This document shows positions 18,457 through 28,041 of a DNA stretch of 64,000 nucleotides, in pieces. Positions within the stretch are counted from its first letter, which is position 1. Every line of letters begins with the position of its first letter. Made by a program: the position numbers and the translations under genes. The DNA comes from Patescibacteria group bacterium (GTDB taxonomy: Bacteria > Patescibacteriota > Patescibacteriia > Buchananbacterales > UBA6539). The notes below the pieces were generated by a model. It had not been told where the DNA came from. It searched no databases and saw nothing but the letters and a program-made list of their open reading frames with translations. Location of the stretch: the NCBI GenBank assembly GCA_041649675.1, contig JBAZMQ010000001.1, positions 253-64,252 of the forward strand. Reading direction: 5' to 3'.

Positions 18457-19622
18457 GAATGGTTCGGGCTTCACAAAGAAATAATGCACCAAAATTTTTT
18501 CGAACAGCGAACAAATATTTAGGTTTGCCTGATTATTTTTTGTTATCAGTAATTTTTGGCATTGTTCTTTTTGGTTTAGTAATGCTTTCCTCCGCTTCTA
18601 GCGTTGAATCTTACCGACGGTTTAATGACACTTATTATCTATTCAAACATCAGGCGCTTTTTGGTTTGCTGCCGGGCTTGATTTTATTTTTTTTCTTTTA
18701 TAAATTTGATTACCATAAATTAGAAAAACACACAGTTAAATTTTTTGCCGCTTCAATTATACTTTTGATTTTAGTTTTTATTCCCGGCATTGGTTTGAGT
18801 CATGGGCAAGCAAAAAGTTGGCTTAACTTGGGGTTTACTTCGGTTCAGCCAACTGAAGTGGTTAAATTATTATTAATTTTGTCTTTGGCCGGCTGGTTTT
18901 CCTATCGCGGTAAAGAAATGAATAAAGATTTTTGGAATGGCTTAGTGCCTTTCACGGTAATGCTGGGTTTGGTTTCATTATTGATAATTTTAGAGCCTGA
19001 CTTTGGTACGTTGTTAGTAATTGCCACAATTGCGTTGGCAGTTTATTTTTCAGCCGGTGCCAGCTTAATGCATATTTTTAGCCTGGGTTTGGCGGGACTA
19101 GCCGGCATTGGCCTATTATTTACCATGGCGCCTTATCGGCTGGCCAGATTAACAATTTTTTTAAATCCCGGACTTGATCCGCAGGGAACCGGTTACCATA
19201 TTAGCCAAGCTTTGCTGGCTATTGGTTCTGGTGGCTGGTTGGGATTAGGTTTTGGTCAATCGCAGCAGAAATTTGCTTATTTGCCCGAAGTAATTGGCGA
19301 TTCAATTTTTGCAGTCATTAGCGAGGAGTTAGGATTTTTATTTGCTGCCGCTTTGGTCATTGCCTTTTTAGTTTTAGCTTGGCGAGGCTTTAAATTAGCT
19401 CAATCAGCTCCTGATGATTACGCCCGTTATATTGTCGTTGGTATTATCTCTTGGTTTGTTTTTCAAGCCTTTATTAATATTGCTGCCATTGTCGGTTTAA
19501 TGCCGCTAACCGGTGTGCCTTTGCCTTTCATCAGCTACGGTGGTACCGCCTTGGCAGCGGCTTTAGGGGCAGCGGGAATTTTAGCCAATATTTCGCGGCA
19601 AACAAAAAGCTTAAACAGTTAA
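18453..19622 (+). CDS. ftsW: Peptidoglycan glycosyltransferase FtsW
   Basis: GLVMLSSAS, QPTEVVK, LEPDFGT, GDSIFAVISEELG, TGVPLPFISYGG. Confidence 0.95.
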   Translation: MRMVRASQRNNAPKFFRTANKYLGLPDYFLLSVIFGIVLFGLVMLSSASSVESYRRFNDTYYLFKHQALFGLLPGLILFFFFYKFDYHKLEKHTVKFFAASIILLILVFIPGIGLSHGQAKSWLNLGFTSVQPTEVVKLLLILSLAGWFSYRGKEMNKDFWNGLVPFTVMLGLVSLLIILEPDFGTLLVIATIALAVYFSAGASLMHIFSLGLAGLAGIGLLFTMAPYRLARLTIFLNPGLDPQGTGYHISQALLAIGSGGWLGLGFGQSQQKFAYLPEVIGDSIFAVISEELGFLFAAALVIAFLVLAWRGFKLAQSAPDDYARYIVVGIISWFVFQAFINIAAIVGLMPLTGVPLPFISYGGTALAAALGAAGILANISRQTKSLNS

Positions 19623-19633
19623 AATAGATATAA

Positions 19634-19667
19634 AAATAAACTGTGACCATATGGTTACAGTTTTATT
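19634..19667. terminator. Bidirectional terminator-like hairpin
   Basis: AACTGTGACC-ATAT-GGTTACAGTT flanked by A and T runs. Confidence 0.7.
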
Positions 19668-19685
19668 ATATAAAAAGTATTTTAT

Positions 19686-19826
19686 GAGTGGCGTGATTTT
19701 TCGCCGAAGGCGAGTTATCCCGACGTAAAGTCGGGATCCCCTGGGGTGGCGATCCGCTATCACGTTGATTGAATTCAGTTCGGACTAAAAATGGCGCTAA
19801 GCGCCACCCCCGAGCCCCCACGCTTA
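19686..19826. repeat. GC-rich nested palindromic element (possible ncRNA or REP cluster)
   Basis: TCGCC-GAA-GGCGA, ATCCCGAC-GTAAA-GTCGGGAT, GGGGTGGCG/CGCCACCCC, TGGCGC-TAA-GCGCCA. Confidence 0.6.
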
Positions 19827-19880
19827 ATTTAATTTTTATTTATCATTGATTTTTTCTTAAAAATCTGCTATTTTTTTAAC

Positions 19881-20927
19881 ATGAGAATTATATTTTCCGG
19901 GGGTGGAACAATGGGTTCAGTTAGCCCTCTGATTGCTATTTTTGAGCAAATAAAAAAACAAGAGCCGCAGTCGGAATTTTTGTGGGTTGCCACGAAAGAT
20001 GGGCCGGAAACTACTTTAATTTCCAGTTACCAAATTCCAATCAAAAAAATTTCTGCCGGTAAACTTCGTCGTTATTTTAGCATCAAAAATTTATTTGATC
20101 CGTTTTTGGTCATGGCGGGTTTTCTTCAATCGCTTTTTATTATTAGCCGATTTAAACCCCAAGTGGTAATTTCGGCCGGTGGTTTTGTTTGCGTGCCTTT
20201 AATTTGGGCCGCTTGGCTATTGCGCCGCCCGACTTTGATTCACCAGCAAGATATTGAACCAGGTTTAGCCAATAAACTAATGGCGCCGGTGGCCAATATT
20301 ATTACGGTTACTTTTGAAAAATCGTTGGCTGATTTTGGGCCCAAAAAAACAGTTTGGGTTGGTAATCCTTTTCGGCCAGATATTTTAGAAGGAAATAAAG
20401 AAGAAGGCTATAAATTTTTTAATTTTGATCCGGCCATACCGACAATTTTGATAACCGGCGGCGGCACGGGGGCGGCTGGTTTAAATGATTTAGTTTTAGC
20501 CAGTGTTTCTGGGTTAGTTCAGTTTTGCCAAGTAATTCATCTAACCGGTGGTCGGACCAAAGAACAGGCAACCCACTCGCGCTATCGCAGCTATGATTTT
20601 TTAACCGACCAGCTAAAAAACGCTTATGCCATTTCTGATTTAGTTATCAGCCGAGCAGGCTTGGCTACTTTAACCGAGTTGGTGGCCCTAAAGAAGCCGG
20701 CTATTATTATTCCGATGGCCAGAAGTCATCAAGAAAAAAATGCTTTGGAGTTTTTCCGTAATAACGCTGTTGCTATGCTATCGCAAGAAGGTTTAACCCC
20801 TGAAAGTTTTGTTTTAGCAATTAAGCAATTATTGTTTGATTCGGCTGAACTAAATAATTTGAGCCGAAATATTGCCAAGATGATGCCACTTGATGCCACA
20901 GAAAAAATTATTAAAATGATTTCTTAG
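19881..20927 (+). CDS. murG: Undecaprenyl-PP-MurNAc-pentapeptide GlcNAc transferase
   Basis: SGGGTMGSV, GGFV.VP, VGNPFR, TGGGTGA, ISRAG, HQEKNA. Confidence 0.95.
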   Translation: MRIIFSGGGTMGSVSPLIAIFEQIKKQEPQSEFLWVATKDGPETTLISSYQIPIKKISAGKLRRYFSIKNLFDPFLVMAGFLQSLFIISRFKPQVVISAGGFVCVPLIWAAWLLRRPTLIHQQDIEPGLANKLMAPVANIITVTFEKSLADFGPKKTVWVGNPFRPDILEGNKEEGYKFFNFDPAIPTILITGGGTGAAGLNDLVLASVSGLVQFCQVIHLTGGRTKEQATHSRYRSYDFLTDQLKNAYAISDLVISRAGLATLTELVALKKPAIIIPMARSHQEKNALEFFRNNAVAMLSQEGLTPESFVLAIKQLLFDSAELNNLSRNIAKMMPLDATEKIIKMIS

Positions 20928-20930
20928 TTT

Positions 20931-22322
20931 ATGACAGTTGATTTAAGTAAAATTAAAACAGTATATTTTATTGGCATTAAGGGTGTAGCCATGTCAGGGT
21001 TAGCCGTGATTTGTAAGCAGCGGGGTATGGCAGTTTTTGGTTCGGATGTTTCAGAAAAATTCATCACTGATAAAATATTAGCGGACTCTAACATTGAAGT
21101 TTATGAGGAATTCTTGGCTCAAAATTTGGATTGCAATCCGGATTTAGTAGTGATTGGCACTTCCTGGGGTGATGACAACGTTGAAGTAGAAGAAACAAAA
21201 AAAAGAAAGATTCCTTTTATTACTGATTCGCAAATGCGCGGCTTATTGAGCCAGGAAAAAAGAACCATTGCCGTTACCGGAGTGCACGGTAAAACCACTA
21301 CGACCGGAATTTTAGCTTATCTTTTTTTTAAAGCTGGTTTACAACCAAGTTTTTTAATTGGCACTGGCATTGTGCCGGATTTAAAAAGCAATGCCGCCTG
21401 GAGTAAGGGTAAACATTTTATTGTTGAAGGTGATGAATACGTGCGGAGTCGGGAAGATAAAATCCCGAAATTTTTAGATTTAGAACCGGCTATTTCTTTA
21501 ATTACGAGTTTGGAATGGGAACATGTTGATGTCTATCCGAGCCTAGAATCAATGGAAAAAGTTTTTGCCGAGTTGATTTTAAAAACCAAAGATTTGACCG
21601 TGGTTTGTGGCGACTGGCCCAGTCTTAAAAAAATAATTTTGGGAATTGATAAAAAAATTATTACTTACGGGTTTGACGAAAATAATTTATGGCAAGCTTA
21701 TGATGTCAGGCAAGATTTTGATCAGACTTACTTTAAAGTTCGGCAAAAAGACAAAGAGTTTGGCGAATTTAGTTTAAAGCTTTTTGGTGACCACAATGTT
21801 TTAAATGCTTTAGCCGCAATTGTAATTGGTTTAAATGAAGGGATAGATTTAGAAAAAATTCGGATAATTTTAAAAGATTTTTTAGGCACGGAGCGGCGAT
21901 TTGATGTTTCCCAAAGAGATGATATTACTTTTATTGATGATTATGCTCACCACCCAACTGCCATAAAAACTACCTTAAAAGCAATTCGCCATCGTTATCC
22001 CAGCCAGTCGGTTTGGTGCGTGTTTCAGCCGCACATGGCTTCGCGGACCAAGGCTTTACTTGATGAATTTGCTCAAAGTTTTTCGGACGTGGATTTGGTT
22101 TTATTGGCCGATATTTTTGCTTCGGCCCGCGAGCAAGCCACTGATATTACCTCAAAAGATTTAGCTGAAGCGACCAAAAAGTATCAACCAAACACAATCT
22201 ACTCAGGCGACTTAAATCAAACCATTGATTATTTGAAAGATAAAATTAAACCGGGAATGGTTTTAGTCACTATGGGAGCAGGGGATGTGTATCGGGTGAG
22301 AGATAAGTTATTAGGCTATTAG
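20931..22322 (+). CDS. murC: UDP-N-acetylmuramate--L-alanine ligase
   Basis: YFIGIKGVAMSGLA, AVTGVHGKTTTT, VEGDEY, DDYAHHPT, FQPH, MGAGD. Confidence 0.93.
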   Translation: MTVDLSKIKTVYFIGIKGVAMSGLAVICKQRGMAVFGSDVSEKFITDKILADSNIEVYEEFLAQNLDCNPDLVVIGTSWGDDNVEVEETKKRKIPFITDSQMRGLLSQEKRTIAVTGVHGKTTTTGILAYLFFKAGLQPSFLIGTGIVPDLKSNAAWSKGKHFIVEGDEYVRSREDKIPKFLDLEPAISLITSLEWEHVDVYPSLESMEKVFAELILKTKDLTVVCGDWPSLKKIILGIDKKIITYGFDENNLWQAYDVRQDFDQTYFKVRQKDKEFGEFSLKLFGDHNVLNALAAIVIGLNEGIDLEKIRIILKDFLGTERRFDVSQRDDITFIDDYAHHPTAIKTTLKAIRHRYPSQSVWCVFQPHMASRTKALLDEFAQSFSDVDLVLLADIFASAREQATDITSKDLAEATKKYQPNTIYSGDLNQTIDYLKDKIKPGMVLVTMGAGDVYRVRDKLLGY

Positions 22323-22362
22323 CTTGTAGCTTTTAGCTGTTAGAAATTATCTAAAAGTGATT

Positions 22363-23328
22363 ATGCTTAATAAATTGCAACAAAAACTTGGAGATGTCAA
22401 AACTGATGAGCCGATGGCTCAGCATACGACTTTTAAAATTGGCGGACCGGCCAAGTATTTTTATACGGCTAAAAACAGTGCGGAATTGTTAAACGCAGTT
22501 AAAATTGCCGAGAAGCTTAAATTGTCATATTTTATTTTAGGTTGGGGGAGCAACTTGCTGGTTTCTGACAATGGTTACGATGGTTTGATTATTAAAAACT
22601 TAAGTGACAAACTTGAAGTTCAAGGTGATGAAATTTTTGTGGAATCCGGAGTTAACCTTAGCCGTTTAGTCGGCTTGGCGGCTCAAGCCGGGTTAAGCGG
22701 CTTAGAAACTTTAGCGGGGATTCCCGGAACGGTTGGGGGAGCGGCTTTTGGCAATGCGGGTGCGTACGGGATTAGCATCGGCAAGCTAGTTAAAGAAGTT
22801 GAAATTTATCAAAACGGTAAGGTAAAAAAATTGAGTCAAACGGAAATGCAGTATGATTACCGAAATAGCATTTTAAAAAGTCAGCCGGGCATAGTTTTGT
22901 CAGTAACAGTCAAACTGCAGCCAGGTGACAAAAAAGAGATTCATAATAAAGTTATTGAATTAATTTCTGAACGCAATCAAAAATTACCAGCCGAACCCAG
23001 TGCCGGTTGTATTTTTAAAAATATCAAACTAGGCAAAGTTGATATTGATAAACAAAGATTTATGAAAGAGCTTGAAATTACCGAAGCGGAATGGCAAAAA
23101 GCCACCATGCACGGCAAGCTGTCAATTGCTTTTATTTTGGACCGTTTAGGCCTAAAAGGAAAAACTATTGGCGGTTGTCAAATCTCGGAAAAACAAGCAA
23201 ATTTTTTTGTTAACATTGGCAATGCCAAGGCGGAACACGTGATTATGCTAATTTCCGAAGTTAAAATGCGGGTGCGTAATCAGCTGGTAGTTCAACTTGA
23301 AGAAGAAATTCGTTATTTGGGTTTTTAA
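22363..23328 (+). CDS. murB: UDP-N-acetylenolpyruvoylglucosamine reductase
   Basis: HTTFKIGGPA, LG.GSNLL, GIPGTVGGA..GNAGAYG, SAGCIFKN, L.EE. Confidence 0.95.
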   Translation: MLNKLQQKLGDVKTDEPMAQHTTFKIGGPAKYFYTAKNSAELLNAVKIAEKLKLSYFILGWGSNLLVSDNGYDGLIIKNLSDKLEVQGDEIFVESGVNLSRLVGLAAQAGLSGLETLAGIPGTVGGAAFGNAGAYGISIGKLVKEVEIYQNGKVKKLSQTEMQYDYRNSILKSQPGIVLSVTVKLQPGDKKEIHNKVIELISERNQKLPAEPSAGCIFKNIKLGKVDIDKQRFMKELEITEAEWQKATMHGKLSIAFILDRLGLKGKTIGGCQISEKQANFFVNIGNAKAEHVIMLISEVKMRVRNQLVVQLEEEIRYLGF

Positions 23329-23363
23329 AAAAAGAGAGCGATTCACTTTTTGGAATCGCCCTG
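23327..23363 (-). terminator. Terminator of the solo response-regulator unit
   Basis: GCGATTC/GAATCGC stem with an A-run on the plus strand. Confidence 0.7.
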
Positions 23364-23367
23364 GTTG

Positions 23368-23757
23368 TCAGGTTATTTCGGCCGCAAGGACCTGTTTGAT
23401 GAGCACAATTATATTTTTCAGGCTTGTTGCTGGTGGCTTATTAAAGTAGCCATCCAGTCCCAAGGCGGCCGGGTCTTCAAACCGTCTGGTGACGTCTGGG
23501 TCGCCAGACATCAGGATGAACTTTACACCGTATTTGAGCTCTTGGATTTGATGCAACAACTCCAAGCCGGCGTCCAGAGCCGGGGCATTTTTGTCGCAAA
23601 CAACTAAGTCAAGTTGTAGCCCAGTGCTTATTGCTTCCAAGGCTTCGTTTGTGTCGTTCACACTCAGAACATTAAACCCAGCCGTTCGCAGAGATTCGGA
23701 TAGAATTTCCAGCAATTCTGGGTCATCATCAACAACTAATATTTTCTGTTTTTCCAT
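23368..23757 (-). CDS. Single-domain response regulator receiver (solo unit)
   Basis: KILVVDDD, DLVVCD, ILMSG, YFNKP. GGAGGGAG SD. TTGACA(23843)-17-TACCAT promoter. Confidence 0.85.
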   Translation of the reverse strand: MEKQKILVVDDDPELLEILSESLRTAGFNVLSVNDTNEALEAISTGLQLDLVVCDKNAPALDAGLELLHQIQELKYGVKFILMSGDPDVTRRFEDPAALGLDGYFNKPPATSLKNIIVLIKQVLAAEIT

Positions 23758-23909
23758 GCATCTCCCTCCTTTCAGGGTAATTGCAAATATTGTAGTTTGT
23801 ACGCCCGACTCATTATGGTACTAAGATTTGTTACCCTTGTCAAGATTGCAAAAATATAGTAAAATATTAGGACAATATTTAAAGAATTTATATTTTAATT
23901 TAATTTCCA

Positions 23910-26639
23910 ATGGCTATACTCAGTAAAATTTTTGGTGACCCCAATGCTAAATTTATTAAAACTTTGCAGCCTTTGGTTGATCAAATTAATCAGCTTGAAG
24001 AAAAAATTAAGGCTTTATCTGACCAGCAGCTTAAAGAACAAACCCAAAAATTCAAAAATGAGTTAAAGAATGGCAAAACCTTGGATGATATTTTACCTGA
24101 GGCTTTTGCCAGTGTTAGGGAAGCTGCCCGGCGAACCTTAGGTTTGCGTCATTACGATGTTCAGCTTTTGGCGGGTATGGTTTTGCATCGGGGACAAATT
24201 TCAGAACAAAAAACTGGGGAAGGAAAAACTTTATCAGCGACTTTAGCGTTATATTTAAATTCGCTTACGGGCAAAGGTTGTCATTTGGTAACAGTCAATG
24301 ATTATTTGTCCCGTCGCGACTGCGGTTGGATGAGTCCGATTTACAATTTATTGGGAGTAAGCTCCGGCGTCATTATTCATGAGGCGGCTTTTTTGTATGA
24401 CCCTGAATATACTGATCAAAATTCTACCGATGAAAACCTGATTCATTTGCGGCCCTCGCCGCGGCGGGAAGTTTACCAAGCTGATATTACTTACGGTACC
24501 AACAATGAATTCGGTTTTGACTATTTGCGCGACAACATGGTTGCGGAGTCCGAACAGATGTCGCAGCGGGAATTAAATTATGCCATTGTTGATGAGGTGG
24601 ATAGTATTTTAATTGACGAAGCCAGAACGCCTTTAATTATTTCTGCGCCGGACATGGAGTCAACTGATAAATATCAAAAGTTTGCGCGGCTAGTTACTCA
24701 GCTTAAAGAAAACGAAGATTACAATATTGATGAAAAAATGCGGGCAGCGACTTTGACCGAAGAGGGAATTAGCAAAATGGAAAAATTGTTGGGCGTGGAA
24801 AACATTTATACCGAAGGCGGCATTACCGAAGTTCATCATGTTGAGCAGGCTTTGCGGGCTTATGCTCTTTTTAAACTTGACCGCGATTATGTCGTTAAAG
24901 ACGGTGAAATAATTATTGTTGATGAATTTACCGGCCGGATGATGTATGGCCGTCGTTACAGCGAAGGTTTGCACCAAGCAATTGAAGCCAAGGAAGGTGT
25001 TGAAGTTCAAAGAGAAAGCCGGACGTTAGCGACTGTGACTTTCCAAAATTATTTTCGGTTGTATGACAAATTGGCCGGCATGACCGGAACCGCTGCGACC
25101 GAAGCTGAAGAGTTTTCTAAAATTTATAATTTAGACGTAACCGTAATACCGACTAACAAGCAAATGATTCGGCTTGATCTGGCCGACCGGATTTATAAAA
25201 ATGAAGAAGCCAAATTTAAAGCGGTCGTCCAAGAAGTTAAAGAACGAAACGCCAAAGGTCAGCCGGTTTTAATTGGTACAATTTCCATTGAAAAAAATGA
25301 GCTGTTGGGCGAAATGCTTAAGCGCGATGGCATTGAGCCGCAGATTTTAAATGCCAAATTTCACGAAAAAGAAGCCCAAATTATTTCCCAAGCTGGACGT
25401 TTGGGCGCCGTGACAGTCGCTACTAACATGGCTGGCCGCGGTGTTGATATTAAATTGGGCGGCGACCCAACCGACTCCGAAGAAGAAAAAAAAGTTAAAG
25501 AGTTAGGTGGTCTTTTAATTATTGGCACGGAGCGGCATGAATCGCGGCGCATTGATAACCAGTTGCGCGGTCGCGGCGGTCGGCAAGGTGATCCCGGCAG
25601 CTCGCAGTTTTATATTTCCATGGATGATGATTTGATGCGCATTTTTGGTTCCAACCGGATTAAAAATATGATGGAAACTTTAAAAATTCCCGATGATATG
25701 CCAATTGAGCACGGCATGATTTCTAAATCAATTGAAGCGGCTCAAAAGAAAGTTGAAGGCTATCATTTTGATACCAGAAAACATTTGGTTGAATATGATG
25801 ATGTTTTAAATAAACACCGCGAAACGATTTATAAAAAACGCCGCGACATTTTGGCCAAGGCGGAATTAAAAACTCAAGTTTTAAATTTGATTCAAGAAGA
25901 ATTGATGGAGGTGGTTAATTTTCATACTGCCGCCGGCGATGAGAGTAGCTGGGATATTGAGGAAATTTATGAAGTAATTAATACAATTTTTTCGGTGCCA
26001 AACCCGGTTCGGTTAAAATTAAAAGACATTCAGCTGCAGGCGGGCAATGAAATTCAAGATAAAACTGCCAGGGGCAAATTGATCGGTTATTTATATAAAT
26101 TGGCCGTTGAAAATTACAATGCTTTGGAAGAACAAATTGGCAAAACCGTTGGCCGAGATGATGCCATGCGCGACGTGGAAAAAGGAATTTTACTCAGAAG
26201 CATTGATACTTTGTGGATTGAGCACTTGGAAGCCATTGATCATTTGCGCACCGGTATTGGCCTGCGTGGTTATGGCCAACGCGATCCTTTGGTAGAATAC
26301 AAAAAGGAAGCTTTTCGGCTGTTTAAAGATTTGTTAGTGATAATTAGAAAGCAAGTGGTTTATAGTATTTATAAAATTGGTGTGGCCTCGCAAATCGCGC
26401 CTTCAGTTATGCAGCAAGCCGGCAGTTTGAATTTTAATGCGCCGGCCAAGGAAATGACCAAAGGTTATTCCGCTATCAAACAAGCGGCGGCTGATACGCC
26501 ACAGCAAAAAGAAGCGGCTAGCCACAATCAACCGTTGCCCAATGATGACAATACTCATTTTGACGGCCAAAAAGTCGGCCGCAATGATCCTTGTCCTTGC
26601 GGATCCGGCAAGAAGTTTAAAAAGTGTTGCGGAAAATAA
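23910..26639 (+). CDS. secA: Preprotein translocase SecA
   Basis: KTGEGKTL, VTVNDYL, IVDEVDSILIDEARTPLIIS, ATNMAGRG, SEC-C GRNDPCPCGSGKKFKKCCG. Confidence 0.99.
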   Translation: MAILSKIFGDPNAKFIKTLQPLVDQINQLEEKIKALSDQQLKEQTQKFKNELKNGKTLDDILPEAFASVREAARRTLGLRHYDVQLLAGMVLHRGQISEQKTGEGKTLSATLALYLNSLTGKGCHLVTVNDYLSRRDCGWMSPIYNLLGVSSGVIIHEAAFLYDPEYTDQNSTDENLIHLRPSPRREVYQADITYGTNNEFGFDYLRDNMVAESEQMSQRELNYAIVDEVDSILIDEARTPLIISAPDMESTDKYQKFARLVTQLKENEDYNIDEKMRAATLTEEGISKMEKLLGVENIYTEGGITEVHHVEQALRAYALFKLDRDYVVKDGEIIIVDEFTGRMMYGRRYSEGLHQAIEAKEGVEVQRESRTLATVTFQNYFRLYDKLAGMTGTAATEAEEFSKIYNLDVTVIPTNKQMIRLDLADRIYKNEEAKFKAVVQEVKERNAKGQPVLIGTISIEKNELLGEMLKRDGIEPQILNAKFHEKEAQIISQAGRLGAVTVATNMAGRGVDIKLGGDPTDSEEEKKVKELGGLLIIGTERHESRRIDNQLRGRGGRQGDPGSSQFYISMDDDLMRIFGSNRIKNMMETLKIPDDMPIEHGMISKSIEAAQKKVEGYHFDTRKHLVEYDDVLNKHRETIYKKRRDILAKAELKTQVLNLIQEELMEVVNFHTAAGDESSWDIEEIYEVINTIFSVPNPVRLKLKDIQLQAGNEIQDKTARGKLIGYLYKLAVENYNALEEQIGKTVGRDDAMRDVEKGILLRSIDTLWIEHLEAIDHLRTGIGLRGYGQRDPLVEYKKEAFRLFKDLLVIIRKQVVYSIYKIGVASQIAPSVMQQAGSLNFNAPAKEMTKGYSAIKQAAADTPQQKEAASHNQPLPNDDNTHFDGQKVGRNDPCPCGSGKKFKKCCGK

Positions 26640-26667
26640 AAATATTATAATAAATTTATAAAATAAT

Positions 26668-27135
26668 ATGAATAATTTTAATAGAATATTTGGTTCGGGG
26701 CCGATAGGATTACTTATAAGCTTGGTATTATTATTTTTTGCATTTTATCTAAAAGATTTATTTGACACTCCAAAAATATTTATTGCCCAAGATTTTACAC
26801 GTCTGCTAATTTTTACAACTTTAACTATTGTTAGTGTTGTAATTATTGTTTGGAGTATCGTTTCACTAAACCCAAAATTAAGAGGAAAAACCCTCATAAC
26901 AACAGGAGCTTTAAAATATTTTCGTCATCCCTTATATGCCGCGTTTCTAACTTTTTTTAATTTCGGATTGGCGATTTTATTAAACAATTGGATATTTATT
27001 ATCTGGGCAATCCTTCTCCACCCTATATGGCATTTACTTGTTGCCAAAGAAGAAAAGATGTTAAAAATAACCTTCCCTAATGATTACGAAGATTATTGCA
27101 ATAAGACAGGAAGATTTTTCCCTAAATTATTTTAA
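26668..27135 (+). CDS. Isoprenylcysteine carboxyl methyltransferase / PEMT family membrane protein
   Basis: LITTG...YFRHPLY, EEK.L...F..Y..Y...TGRFFP. Confidence 0.85.
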   Translation: MNNFNRIFGSGPIGLLISLVLLFFAFYLKDLFDTPKIFIAQDFTRLLIFTTLTIVSVVIIVWSIVSLNPKLRGKTLITTGALKYFRHPLYAAFLTFFNFGLAILLNNWIFIIWAILLHPIWHLLVAKEEKMLKITFPNDYEDYCNKTGRFFPKLF

Positions 27136-27158
27136 AATTTAATATATTATTAAAACGT

Positions 27159-27211
27159 TGCTCGTCTGCCGAGTTTACGAAAGACAAAGTCGCAGATTCA
27201 GCAGACGAGCA
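27159..27211. repeat. GC-rich stem-loop TGCTCGTCTGC...GCAGACGAGCA
   Basis: 11-bp perfect inverted repeat just downstream of the ICMT gene. Confidence 0.6.
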
Positions 27212-27325
27212 GGCGAGAAAAATCGATTGGGCAAAAGCTCCCCAGTCTCCTACTAACCCCTGCGGTTAACCATAGAAATATAAATAGTGTAATAGAGACA
27301 AAATTTAGGAGAAACTAATTAATAT

Positions 27326-27437
27326 AGTTCCTCTCTCCGTTCTCGGAGAGAGGACAGGAGTGAGGCAACAAACTCCGTAACCTCACCCGGTCTCTTGGCT
27401 TCGCTTAAGGACCACCCTCTCCGTCTTCGGAGAGGGA
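27326..27437. mobile_element. Gene-less boxC-like inverted repeat pair (putative non-autonomous element)
   Basis: Left CCTCTCTCCG-TTCT-CGGAGAGAGG..GTGAGG, right GTAACCTCACCC...CCCTCTCCG-TCTT-CGGAGAGGG. Same ends as those around DUF559. Confidence 0.7.
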
Positions 27438-27477
27438 AGATAATAAAGGTATAAGCAGTGCCATGGAAAGTAGAACT

Positions 27478-27966
27478 ATGAAAATAACTTTTATCCAAAT
27501 TGGCGGAACTATTGATAAAGAATATCCCAGATTAACTAAAGGATATGCCTTTGAAATAGGTGAGCCAGCGGTCAAAAGGATTTTAGAGAAGGTAAATCCT
27601 GGATTTGAGTATGAAATTATTTCTTTACTGCAAAAAGACAGCCTGGATCTCACTGAGGCAGACCGACAAAAAATTCTTGAGACTGGCAAAAGTATTTCTA
27701 ACGATAAGATTATTATGACTCATGGTACTGATACAATGATTGAGACTGCAAACAAGCTAAGTGAAATAAAGGATAAAACTATTGTAATCACGGGCGCCAT
27801 GAGACCGGAGAAATTTTCTGATTCCGATGCTATGTTTAATGTCGGTGCGGCGGTTATTGCTTTGCAAACATTGCCTCACGGCGTCTATATCGTTATGAAC
27901 GGAAAAGTTTATAGTTATAATAAGGTTAAAAGAGATACGGAAACCGGCCAATTTGTTGAAATTTAA
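27478..27966 (+). CDS. Asparaginase N-terminal domain protein (short L-asparaginase)
   Basis: GGTIDK, KDSLD, THGTDTM, ITGAMRP, DAMFN. Confidence 0.9.
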   Translation: MKITFIQIGGTIDKEYPRLTKGYAFEIGEPAVKRILEKVNPGFEYEIISLLQKDSLDLTEADRQKILETGKSISNDKIIMTHGTDTMIETANKLSEIKDKTIVITGAMRPEKFSDSDAMFNVGAAVIALQTLPHGVYIVMNGKVYSYNKVKRDTETGQFVEI

Positions 27967-28041
27967 TTTTTTAGTGGTGAAGGGGTAGTATATTCGTCTG
28001 AATATGTTAAAATTTAAATAGTTTGAATTAACAATAAATTT

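Noticed and set aside
23350-23824. + strand ORFs over the receiver gene
   Set aside because: Antisense shadows; the minus-strand ORF has receiver motifs, an SD and a promoter
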